Below are positions 14,409 through 22,699 of a stretch of DNA of 25,378 nucleotides, in pieces. A model generated the notes under the pieces. The model worked only from the letters and a program-made list of their open reading frames with translations. It searched no databases and was not told the origin of the DNA. Made by a program: the position numbers and the translations under genes. Position 1 is the stretch's first letter. The number at the start of each line of letters is the position of its first letter. Location: the IMG/VR virus record IMGVR_UViG_3300035419_000049, positions 1 through 25,378 of that record; one strand, 5' to 3'. This DNA is from a virus. Its lineage: Duplodnaviria; Caudoviricetes.

Positions 14409-16460
14409 ATGAACCACCTTACCCTTGACGTAGAAAACACTGTGGTAAAACGTAACGGCAAGCTACACCTTGATCCGTTTGAACCTGAGAATACATTAGT
14501 ACAAGTGGGTATGCTAGATGACCTTGGAAACGAAAGCATTATTACTTTTGATCATTCTGAGCAATCACCCACACCAGAGGGGCGGTATCGTGTCCAGTTA
14601 GCGTTGGATGAAACCGCCCTTCTAATTATGCACAACGCAGCACACGACTTGATATGGTTATGGGAGTCAGGCTTCACCTACGAGGGTGAAATCTTTGACA
14701 CTATGTTAGGTGAGTACGTGCTGCAACGTGGGCAGAAGGAACCCCTGTCTCTTGAGGCTTGTGCTGAACGGTACAGCCTTGACACAAAGAAGCAGGATAC
14801 CTTGAAGGAATACTTCAAGCAAGGCTACTCTGTGCGTGACATTCCACATGCAGAGTTGTCAGAGTACCTCTCCCACGACTTACATGCCACGCAGCAACTG
14901 TACCTTCGTTTGCAGACATCATACGGGGAATGCAGTTCCTTAGAAGGAACAATCAAGCTTACTAATCAATTGGCATTACACATTGCCAAGATATATCAGC
15001 GTGGCTTTAGTGTTGATATGGAAGCACTAGAGGTTGTACGTAGGGAGTTCCAACAGGAACGTGACCAGTTGGTTGTTGACCTTGAGGAACAAGTACGTGA
15101 ACTAATGGGTGATCGTCCAATCAACCTGAACAGCCCAGAGCAATTGTCTTGGGTTATATACAGCAAGAAGCCCAATGATAAGAAGGTATGGCCTGATCTG
15201 TTTGATGACTATCGCATGACAGACACAGACTACCGCAGTACAGTACGTAAGAATACACAGACACTGTACAAACAGAAAGCAAAACAGTGCAGTACCTGCA
15301 ATGGTACTGGTCAGATAAGAAAGGTAAAGAAAGATGGATCATTATACGCCAGAACTAACAGATGCAATAGCTGCAATAGTACGGGTTTTATTTATATGGA
15401 TTATCGTAATGTGGTTGGTGGGTTAAAGTTCAATGCACCTACAGCAAAATGGATATCAGCTAACGGCTTTGCAACAAGCAAAGATAAACTTGAATACCTT
15501 GAAGGTGTGGCTAGACAACGTGGCATGGAAGACGCAGTACTATTCTTGCAACGAGTACGTAGGCTTTCTGCTGTTGACACTTACCTGTCAAGTTTTGTGG
15601 AAGGTATCTCTAATCATGTAAAGCAAGACGGTAAGCTACATGTCAGGTTACTTCAACATCGTACTGCTACAGGCAGACTGTCGGGTGCTGACCCTAACAT
15701 GCAGAACATGCCACGTGGTGGTACGTTCCCAGTGAAACGTGTATTCAAATCACGTTGGGTTGACGGAGAGATTATGGAAGCTGACTTTGCCCAGTTAGAG
15801 TTTCGTGTGGCTGCGTTCTTATCACAAGACAAGACTGCCATTGACGAGGTGACTACAGGCTTTGATGTACACTCATACACTGCACAGGTTATTACTGATG
15901 CAGGTCAGAGCATATCCAGACAGGAAGCCAAGGCACATACCTTTGCACCTTTGTATGGGGCTAGTGGTTTTGGTCGTACACCTGCAGAGGCTGCATACTA
16001 TGAGCAGTTCACTAAGAAGTACTCAGGCATTGGCAAGTGGCACAAGGAGCTTGCACGTGAGGCACTAGCTACGGGTAAGATCAAGACGCCATCTGGTCGT
16101 GAGTTCTCTTTCCCTGATGTGACACGCCGTTCCAATGGTACTGTGACATTTTTCACACAGATTAAAAACTTTCCTGTACAATCGTTTGCTACGGCTGACA
16201 TTGTACCTATATCTCTGATATACATTGACAAGTTGTTAGGGATAAACCAAATGCAATCATGCATCGTCAATACCGTACACGATTCACTCGTGATTGATGT
16301 GCATCCCAAAGAGAAGGATAAAGTATTACGGATTATACATGCAGCCAATGACAGACTGCTTGCCATCGTCAATAAGAAGTGGAAGTTGGACTTCAACGTA
16401 CCACTATTATTAGAGGCAAAGATTGGTCCTAATTGGCTTGACACAAAAGATGTGTCGTGA
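14409..16460 (+). CDS. polA: Family A DNA polymerase (3'-5' exo + DnaJ-type Zn insertion + polymerase), HMO-2011-type
   Basis: Exo motifs LDVE and HNAAHD; CSTCNGTG/CNSCNSTG; TATGRLS..PNMQN; motif A DFAQLEFR; motif B KAHTFAPLYG (Phe at the E. coli 762 position); motif C VHDS. Confidence 0.97.
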   Translation: MNHLTLDVENTVVKRNGKLHLDPFEPENTLVQVGMLDDLGNESIITFDHSEQSPTPEGRYRVQLALDETALLIMHNAAHDLIWLWESGFTYEGEIFDTMLGEYVLQRGQKEPLSLEACAERYSLDTKKQDTLKEYFKQGYSVRDIPHAELSEYLSHDLHATQQLYLRLQTSYGECSSLEGTIKLTNQLALHIAKIYQRGFSVDMEALEVVRREFQQERDQLVVDLEEQVRELMGDRPINLNSPEQLSWVIYSKKPNDKKVWPDLFDDYRMTDTDYRSTVRKNTQTLYKQKAKQCSTCNGTGQIRKVKKDGSLYARTNRCNSCNSTGFIYMDYRNVVGGLKFNAPTAKWISANGFATSKDKLEYLEGVARQRGMEDAVLFLQRVRRLSAVDTYLSSFVEGISNHVKQDGKLHVRLLQHRTATGRLSGADPNMQNMPRGGTFPVKRVFKSRWVDGEIMEADFAQLEFRVAAFLSQDKTAIDEVTTGFDVHSYTAQVITDAGQSISRQEAKAHTFAPLYGASGFGRTPAEAAYYEQFTKKYSGIGKWHKELAREALATGKIKTPSGREFSFPDVTRRSNGTVTFFTQIKNFPVQSFATADIVPISLIYIDKLLGINQMQSCIVNTVHDSLVIDVHPKEKDKVLRIIHAANDRLLAIVNKKWKLDFNVPLLLEAKIGPNWLDTKDVS

Positions 16461-16470
16461 TATAACTATA
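16438..16470 (+). promoter_or_regulatory. Sigma70-type promoter TTGACA-N17-TATAAC(TATA) with extended -10 TG
   Basis: Overlaps the polA stop, upstream of the strong RBS for 16500. Confidence 0.7.
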
Positions 16471-16499
16471 GACTCGCAAAATAGAAAAGGAGATTTTAA

Positions 16500-17393
16500 A
16501 TGAATCAAGTAGCAACAATTAACACAAGTAACTTCAATGCAATGGCAGAAGCAATGGGCATGTCTGTGGACTCTGGTAAACAGAAGTCACAAGCAAGTAC
16601 ACTTGCACGTTTGCGTATCAATCACTCAGCTATCATGGGTGAGGACACAATCAATGGCAAGAAGGTAAAGATGGAAGTTGTGGCAGGTGGCACATACAAG
16701 TTGGAGATTCCTGATGGCCCAACTTACTATGCAACTACTGCGACTATTCGTCCATACCTACAACGCTTTATGTACAAGCGGTTCATCAAGGGCAGTGACT
16801 CTACACCTAATCGTTACGTCAAGACACTTATGGCTAACGATCTAAACAGTGACCTCAAAGACAATGACGGTGGCTTCAACTGTGGTAAACCTGCAGGATG
16901 GATTGAAGACTTCAAGGCATTGCCAGAGAAAACACAAGACTTGATCCGTCAGATCAAACGTGTTCGTGTTATGTTTGGTACAGTAGAAATGCATGACGTT
17001 ACTGATGCACAAGGTAATCCAGTTGACCTTGATCCACAGGCATTCATCTGGGAGATTGAAAACCGTGATGCATTTAAAACTGCAGGTACACTGTTCAACA
17101 AGCTAGGCAAGATGCGCCGTTTGCCAGTGCAGCACAACATCAAGGCAGCTACAGAGGAACAGTCATTGCCTAATGGTAGTGTGTTCTATCTACCTACCTT
17201 AGCTCTTGATCTGCAAGAGACACTAGATGTAACAGACCCTGAACAGGAAACGTTCGCAAACTTCCTAGCATGGGTGGAGAATTACAACGAGTACATCAAG
17301 GGTGCTTGGAATGACAATGCGTACAAGAATGATGACACAGACACAGATACTGTTGAAGCATTTGTGGATATTGACGCAGAGGATTTTGTGTAA
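16500..17393 (+). CDS. Conserved replication-module protein, probable ssDNA-binding protein
   Basis: Lies between polymerase and exonuclease; acidic C-terminal tail ending in an aromatic/hydrophobic pair (DIDAEDFV), as in T7 gp2.5-type SSBs. Confidence 0.65.
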   Translation: MNQVATINTSNFNAMAEAMGMSVDSGKQKSQASTLARLRINHSAIMGEDTINGKKVKMEVVAGGTYKLEIPDGPTYYATTATIRPYLQRFMYKRFIKGSDSTPNRYVKTLMANDLNSDLKDNDGGFNCGKPAGWIEDFKALPEKTQDLIRQIKRVRVMFGTVEMHDVTDAQGNPVDLDPQAFIWEIENRDAFKTAGTLFNKLGKMRRLPVQHNIKAATEEQSLPNGSVFYLPTLALDLQETLDVTDPEQETFANFLAWVENYNEYIKGAWNDNAYKNDDTDTDTVEAFVDIDAEDFV

Positions 17394-18244
17394 TGAACCA
17401 TCCTGCTGAACTAAAGCTGCACCAGTTTATGACTGACGCTGCCAATGGAAAGACAACCTTCAGTAATGAAGTTGCTAAACAAATTGGTGATGAAGTTATG
17501 GATGCAGTACTTCGTCAGTTTGGTAGTGGTAAGTCTCGTGACAAGTTCACATTAAGGATGTCCAACATTGGGCGTCCTACTTGCCAACTCTGGTTTGCTA
17601 AGAACATGCCAGAGAAAGCACTACCCAAGCCAACTACATTTGTAATGAACATGATGTTAGGAGATATTGTTGAGGCTGTTTTTAAAGGGCTGCTTAAAGG
17701 TGCTAACGTGGAGTTTGAAGACACTGATAAAGTTAGCCTTGAAGTGGGAGATAGTAATGGTACTAGTGTTTCTGGTAGCTATGATCTTGTAATAGACGGT
17801 GCAGTTGATGACGTGAAGTCAGCATCACCGTGGTCTTATCAGAACAAGTTTGATTCCTTTGATACACTATCTAAGGGTGATGGCTTTGGTTATGTAGGGC
17901 AGCTTGCAGGTTACGCCAAAGCATCTGGCAAACGTGTAGGTGGATGGTGGGTTGTGAACAAAGGCAACGGTGAATTTAAATACGTACCTGCTGACGGACT
18001 TGACCTTGACAATGAACTTGATAAGATTAAATCAACTGTTGAAACGGTGAACAACAACGAGTTCAAACGTTGCTTCAGTCCAGTACCAGAAATGTTTCGT
18101 GGTAAACCCACAGGCAACAAGGTACTAAACGATAACTGTCGTTTCTGTGATTTCAGATACGAGTGTTGGCCTAACATGGTTGAAGAACCTGCTAGGTTAT
18201 CTAAAGCAAAAGACCCCAAGACGGTGGCATACATAGAGGATTGA
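17393..18244 (+). CDS. PD-(D/E)XK (Cas4-like) exonuclease
   Basis: RMSNIGRPTCQLW, GSYD...DVKSAS, Y.GQLAGY, C-terminal CxxC-x5-C. Confidence 0.85.
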   Translation: MNHPAELKLHQFMTDAANGKTTFSNEVAKQIGDEVMDAVLRQFGSGKSRDKFTLRMSNIGRPTCQLWFAKNMPEKALPKPTTFVMNMMLGDIVEAVFKGLLKGANVEFEDTDKVSLEVGDSNGTSVSGSYDLVIDGAVDDVKSASPWSYQNKFDSFDTLSKGDGFGYVGQLAGYAKASGKRVGGWWVVNKGNGEFKYVPADGLDLDNELDKIKSTVETVNNNEFKRCFSPVPEMFRGKPTGNKVLNDNCRFCDFRYECWPNMVEEPARLSKAKDPKTVAYIED

Positions 18245-18246
18245 AT

Positions 18247-18474
18247 ATGTTAGGTAATGAAGAAATAAAAGAAATGCAGGAACAGATTGCTGCTATGGAA
18301 AAGGATATTGCAGATCGTAAGAAGGAACTGCATGAGGCTAAGTATGCAGGACTACGTTCAGCTATGGAAGCACGTAAGGCTGCAGACGATGCAGTGCGAC
18401 AGGAGCTACGATCACTAGGCGTGTCTACTGTAAGTAGTTTGCCTAGTCCTTGGAATGGGTTGTGGCGCATCTAA
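18247..18474 (+). CDS. Coiled-coil hypothetical protein
   Basis: GAGGA SD before ATG 18247 (track start is TTG 18241). Confidence 0.75.
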   Translation: MLGNEEIKEMQEQIAAMEKDIADRKKELHEAKYAGLRSAMEARKAADDAVRQELRSLGVSTVSSLPSPWNGLWRI

Positions 18475-18926
18475 TGAACGGTAAGCAGTTCAAGGCAGCA
18501 CTAAAGCATGGGTTTAGGAGTGGGCTAGAAATCAAAGTCAAAGACTACTTGAAGGAGAAGAAAGTAAAATTCAAGTATGAAGCCATTAAAATAGAATGGG
18601 AAGACTTGATGTACCGCACCTATACCCCTGACTTTATACTGCAGAACGGTATCATTGTAGAAGTGAAAGGAAGGTTCACATCAGACGATAGACGTAAGCA
18701 CCTAGCAATAAAGAAACAGCACCCAGACTTAGACATACGGTTCGTGTTTGAAAACAGTAGACGTAAGCTAAATAAGGGTGCCAAAAGTACGTATGCTACA
18801 TGGTGTGAAAGAAATAAATTCTTGTATGCAGATAGGGTTATTCCAGAAGAATGGTTGAAACAAAAGGGAGTTGACGTTCATCCAGACTTAGTAGTATTTC
18901 CTTACGACAAAATAAAAAGGAGCTAA
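18474..18926 (+). CDS. T7 endonuclease I-like Holliday junction resolvase
   Basis: FRSGLE, YTPDF, EVKGRF, HPDLDIRFVF; start re-called at the TAATG overlap at 18474. Confidence 0.93.
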   Translation: MNGKQFKAALKHGFRSGLEIKVKDYLKEKKVKFKYEAIKIEWEDLMYRTYTPDFILQNGIIVEVKGRFTSDDRRKHLAIKKQHPDLDIRFVFENSRRKLNKGAKSTYATWCERNKFLYADRVIPEEWLKQKGVDVHPDLVVFPYDKIKRS

Positions 18927-18930
18927 ACAT

Positions 18931-19251
18931 ATGCTAGATACACTAATAAAATTTAACCCTAATGATTTCATCATACGAATATCACCAGATGTGGATGACA
19001 CTGGAGATTGGACGGGTGATCTTACTGTAGGTATGCTGACTACAGATGACAACACATTAAATTCAGATGACTTTGCTCACCTGAAAGTGTTGACTGACAT
19101 GTTAATTGCTGCTATACCTTTAATGGAAGAAGACCCTGATGTAAGGAGCAAGCTATTCAAGTTAGTTGATCAACTTGATGCAGAAGAAACGGAAGAATAT
19201 AAACCGTTAGTAAAAGAACGTGACGGTAACGTAGTTAAAGTAAACTTTTAG
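18931..19251 (+). CDS. Acidic hypothetical protein
   Basis: AAGGAG SD; ends in GNVVKVNF. Confidence 0.8.
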   Translation: MLDTLIKFNPNDFIIRISPDVDDTGDWTGDLTVGMLTTDDNTLNSDDFAHLKVLTDMLIAAIPLMEEDPDVRSKLFKLVDQLDAEETEEYKPLVKERDGNVVKVNF

Positions 19252-19264
19252 AAAGGAGATACGA

Positions 19265-19480
19265 ATGGTAGACAATGTAAACAAACCACCACACTATAAT
19301 CAATCAGGTATTGAATGCATTGATGCCATTCGTGCCGCCACAGGTGATGGATACGAGTATTATCTACAGGGCAACATTCTTAAATACATGTGGAGATACA
19401 GGTACAAGAATGGTGCAGAAGACTTGAAGAAGGCACAGTGGTATTTGACAAAACTTATTGAGGAAGTAGATGATAGTTAA
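19265..19480 (+). CDS. DUF3310 protein (T7 gp1.7 nucleotide-kinase-like)
   Basis: VNKPPHY..IECIDAI..GNILKY.WRY..KNG.EDLKKA.WYL. Confidence 0.9.
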   Translation: MVDNVNKPPHYNQSGIECIDAIRAATGDGYEYYLQGNILKYMWRYRYKNGAEDLKKAQWYLTKLIEEVDDS

Positions 19481-19628
19481 AGTATTCTTAACCTTAAACA
19501 TAGATGAAGATGAATACCCAGTTCCTGTAGATGGAGATGTTGATGAAGAGATTAGTCAAAGTCTGCAGGAATTTATATACGACATTGATGGAATGTCAAT
19601 CAAAGCAATTAAAATAATAACGGAGTGA
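19470..19628 (+). CDS. Acidic hypothetical protein, 52 aa (MIVKVFLTLNIDEDEYPVPVDG...)
   Basis: Below the track cutoff; GAGGA SD; fills the gap before the RNR gene. Confidence 0.75.
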   Translation: MIVKVFLTLNIDEDEYPVPVDGDVDEEISQSLQEFIYDIDGMSIKAIKIITE

Positions 19629-19630
19629 AC

Positions 19631-21535
19631 ATGGACAATTTTTTACCTACAGACTATCAAGCATTCATTCACACCTCACGTTACGCAAGGTGGTTAGATG
19701 ATGAACAACGGCGTGAGTCATGGCCTGAAACAGTGACTCGTTATATGGACAATATCGTAGCACCTTATGTTAAGAAAGACTCAGTGTACGGTGAGATTGA
19801 ACAAGCAATCTTGAACCTAGAGATTACACCAAGCATGAGAGCCATGATGACAGCAGGTGCAGCAGCAGCACGTGATAACATTTGTATGTACAACTGTTCA
19901 TACATTCATGTGGATCATCCATTTGCTTTTGATGAAGCAATGTTTGTGTTGTTGTGTGGTACAGGCGTAGGCTTTAGTGTTGAACGTCAGTTTGTATCTA
20001 AGCTACCAGAAGTACCTGATCTATACGAGAGTGACACTACAGTTGTAGTGAAGGACAGTAAAGAGGGTTGGGCTAAGGCTTACCGTCAAGTGTTGTCACT
20101 GTTGTGGGCAGGAGAGATACCTAAGTGGGATGTAAGCAAGGTACGTCCTGCAGGTTCACGACTAAAGACATTTGGTGGACGTGCCAGTGGTGCAGGACCG
20201 CTAGTTGATCTATTCAATTTCACGGTACAGACATTCAAGAATGCACAGGGTCGTAGGCTATCATCAATTGAATGTCACGACATCATGTGCTTCATTGGTC
20301 AGATCGTTGTCGTAGGTGGTGTACGTAGGTCAGCAATGATTAGTTTGTCTAACCTAAGTGATGACCGTATGCGCCATGCCAAGTCAGGGCAGTGGTGGAA
20401 TGAAGCAGCCTATCGTGCACTTGCTAATAACAGTGTGTCATACACAGAGAAGCCAGACGCAGAGACATTCATGCGTGAGTGGTTGGCATTAGTAGAGAGT
20501 AAGTCAGGTGAACGAGGGGTATTTAATCGTGAAGCATCTAAAAATCAAGCTAAGAAATATGGTAGGCGTGATCCTAACCATGAGTTCGGCACTAATCCAT
20601 GCAGTGAAATCATTTTACGATCAGGTCAAGTGTGCAATCTTACGGAAATTGTGGTACGGGCCACGGATAATATTGAAAGTTTGGAACGAAAGGTCCGTCT
20701 GGCAACAATTCTGGGCACTATCCAATCCACCTACACTAAGTTCCCGTATCTGCGAAAGATGTGGAGAAACAATACTGAGGAAGAAAGATTGCTTGGTGTG
20801 TCTCTCACAGGAGTAATGGATAATCCATTGATGACATTAAAAAATAAAGGACTAGATGAAACACTTTCTCACCTTCGTAAGGTGGCTGTTGATACTAATG
20901 CTGAGTGGGCTGATCGTCTTGGAATTAACGTTAGTACTGCTATTACTTGTAATAAGCCATCAGGTACTGTATCCCAACTGGTGGACTCCGCAAGTGGAAT
21001 ACATGCACGACACAACAACTATTACATCAGAACCGTTAGAGGCGATAACAACGATCCCCTTACCGCCATGATGAAAGATCAAGGTATTCCTGCTGAACCG
21101 TGTGTGTTTAATCCAGACACGACTACTGTATTCAGCTTCCCTATGAAGGCACCGAATGAAGCAGTAACACGTACAGATATGTCAGCCATTGAACAGTTAG
21201 AGACATGGCTTGCTTATCAACGGCACTGGTGCGAACACAAACCAAGTGTTACTTGCACAGTACAGGATAGTGAATGGATAGAAGTGGGTGCCTTTGTGTA
21301 CAAACACTTTGACGAAATGTCAGGTGTGTCTTTCTTGCCACACTCTGATCATACTTATCAGCAAGCACCTTATCAGGATTGTACTGCTGATGAATATAAG
21401 GCATTACTAAAGGAGATGCCGAAGAAGATTGATTGGACTAAGCTATCCGCATACGAAAAAGAAGATAGCACAAAGTCTAGTCAAACATTTGCTTGCACTG
21501 GTGACTCATGCGAAATCGTGGACATCGGAACTTAG
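19631..21535 (+). CDS. nrdJ: Class II (adenosylcobalamin-dependent) ribonucleotide reductase
   Basis: YNC, GTGVGFS, VVGGVRRSA, TNPCSEI, CNLTE, KPSGTVSQL, C-terminal CTGDSC; no beta-subunit gene in the window; ATG 19631 after GGAG. Confidence 0.93.
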   Translation: MDNFLPTDYQAFIHTSRYARWLDDEQRRESWPETVTRYMDNIVAPYVKKDSVYGEIEQAILNLEITPSMRAMMTAGAAAARDNICMYNCSYIHVDHPFAFDEAMFVLLCGTGVGFSVERQFVSKLPEVPDLYESDTTVVVKDSKEGWAKAYRQVLSLLWAGEIPKWDVSKVRPAGSRLKTFGGRASGAGPLVDLFNFTVQTFKNAQGRRLSSIECHDIMCFIGQIVVVGGVRRSAMISLSNLSDDRMRHAKSGQWWNEAAYRALANNSVSYTEKPDAETFMREWLALVESKSGERGVFNREASKNQAKKYGRRDPNHEFGTNPCSEIILRSGQVCNLTEIVVRATDNIESLERKVRLATILGTIQSTYTKFPYLRKMWRNNTEEERLLGVSLTGVMDNPLMTLKNKGLDETLSHLRKVAVDTNAEWADRLGINVSTAITCNKPSGTVSQLVDSASGIHARHNNYYIRTVRGDNNDPLTAMMKDQGIPAEPCVFNPDTTTVFSFPMKAPNEAVTRTDMSAIEQLETWLAYQRHWCEHKPSVTCTVQDSEWIEVGAFVYKHFDEMSGVSFLPHSDHTYQQAPYQDCTADEYKALLKEMPKKIDWTKLSAYEKEDSTKSSQTFACTGDSCEIVDIGT

Positions 21536-21597
21536 GCACTAAACCTGCACCCTGTGTAAAGGTCTACGGATACTGCACAGGGTGTAACACAAACTAA
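21508..21597 (+). pseudogene. Possible degenerate DUF1289-like ORF, 29 aa (MRNRGHRNLGTKPAPCVKVYGYCTGCNTN); contains a 13-bp stem at 21546-21586
   Basis: PCxxx...GYCxGC resembles DUF1289 SPCxxxC...GxCxGCxRT, lacking the second Cys and the tail. Confidence 0.35.
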
Positions 21598-21614
21598 TAT
21601 GGAAGGAAAAGATA

Positions 21615-22061
21615 ATGGGAACACGTAAACAATTTAGTCGTGCATTGTATGAAGCGTATGACGCACCTGCAAAAGATAAACTAACTGCCTACCTAGTAGA
21701 CGCAGGACACGAGATTGAAACAGCAGAGGAAAATTACTATGTGGACATTGTGTCAAAGAAAAAGGATTATACGTATTTTAACGAAGCGGAAGTCAAGCTT
21801 GCATGGAAAGGTGAATGGCCCACAGATTGGAAAGACATCCGCATTCCTGAACGTAAAGGTAGATTGCTTGAAAAATATGAGGGGGAGAATGGAGTGCTTA
21901 ACTTCTACATCTTCCGTAAAGATATGAAGCAAGCTTGGCGTATCAAGGATACAAGCCTAACAGATGATCGTCTACGTGAAGCATATGGACGTAACATCTT
22001 GAAGGGTGAACTGTTCTACCACATTCCATACACAGAAGCAGAACTAATCAACGTAGCATAA
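21615..22061 (+). CDS. Hypothetical protein, possible PD-(D/E)XK-fold nuclease
   Basis: VDIV...EAEVK spacing; AAGGA SD. Confidence 0.7.
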   Translation: MGTRKQFSRALYEAYDAPAKDKLTAYLVDAGHEIETAEENYYVDIVSKKKDYTYFNEAEVKLAWKGEWPTDWKDIRIPERKGRLLEKYEGENGVLNFYIFRKDMKQAWRIKDTSLTDDRLREAYGRNILKGELFYHIPYTEAELINVA

Positions 22062-22087
22062 TACATCTTAACATAAGGAGAATGCAT

Positions 22088-22345
22088 ATGAACAAACAAT
22101 TAACTCGCAAACAACGTGGCCTTGGCAAATATGATGCACCGTTAAAATTTCAATACGAGAAAGGTTACAAAGATTTTCGGCAGGGGCGTGTCGTTAATCC
22201 ATTCCCTAGTGATACAATGCAGTACAGGGAGTGGGAACGTGGGTTTAACAAAGCCTACTACGAGCAGTTAAAACGGGTTAAAGGTAATGAACAAGCTACA
22301 GGAAGAAGCAGAACAGTTTCTAAAGGAGAAGTACAACATGTCTGA
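22088..22345 (+). CDS. Rmf/CrpP-fold-like small protein
   Basis: YEKGY...GR..NPF.......REWERGF matches the Rmf pattern RGY..G..G....CPY....R..W..GW; TAAGGAG SD. Confidence 0.65.
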   Translation: MNKQLTRKQRGLGKYDAPLKFQYEKGYKDFRQGRVVNPFPSDTMQYREWERGFNKAYYEQLKRVKGNEQATGRSRTVSKGEVQHV

Positions 22346-22667
22346 TTTTAATTCGTATCAAAGATCAGCATCACGTACAGCTATCTATCCTGATAAACAT
22401 AAAATACTTTACCCTGCTTTGGGTTTGGCAGGTGAAGCAGGTGAGGTGGCAAACAAGGTCAAGAAGATTATTCGTGACGGGCCAGAAAGTATGCCAGAGG
22501 ATTGGCGTGAGCAGTTAGCCAGTGAGATAGGGGATGTGTTGTGGTACTGTGCTGCACTTGCCACAGACCTTAATCTAACACTAGGTATGATTGCAGGTCA
22601 GAATGAAGCCAAGCTCAGTAGGCGTAAGGAGCAGGGCACGTTAAGTGGAAGTGGTGACAAGAGATAA
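22287..22667 (+). CDS. mazG: MazG-like nucleoside triphosphate pyrophosphohydrolase
   Basis: LGLAGEAGEVANKVKK...EIGDVLWY; alternative start at ATG 22338 with AAGGAG. Confidence 0.92.
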   Translation: MNKLQEEAEQFLKEKYNMSDFNSYQRSASRTAIYPDKHKILYPALGLAGEAGEVANKVKKIIRDGPESMPEDWREQLASEIGDVLWYCAALATDLNLTLGMIAGQNEAKLSRRKEQGTLSGSGDKR

Positions 22668-22699
22668 AAAAAGAGGGGCTGTAATGGCCCCTTTATTTT
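22666..22699. terminator. Bidirectional intrinsic terminator between convergent operons
   Basis: A7-GAGGGGCT-GTAAT-GGCCCCTTT-ATTTT between the mazG stop and the stop of the convergent gene. Confidence 0.9.

Noticed and set aside
17393-18244. Cas4-like nuclease as evidence of CRISPR-Cas
   Set aside because: Solo Cas4-like exonucleases are routine in phage replication modules
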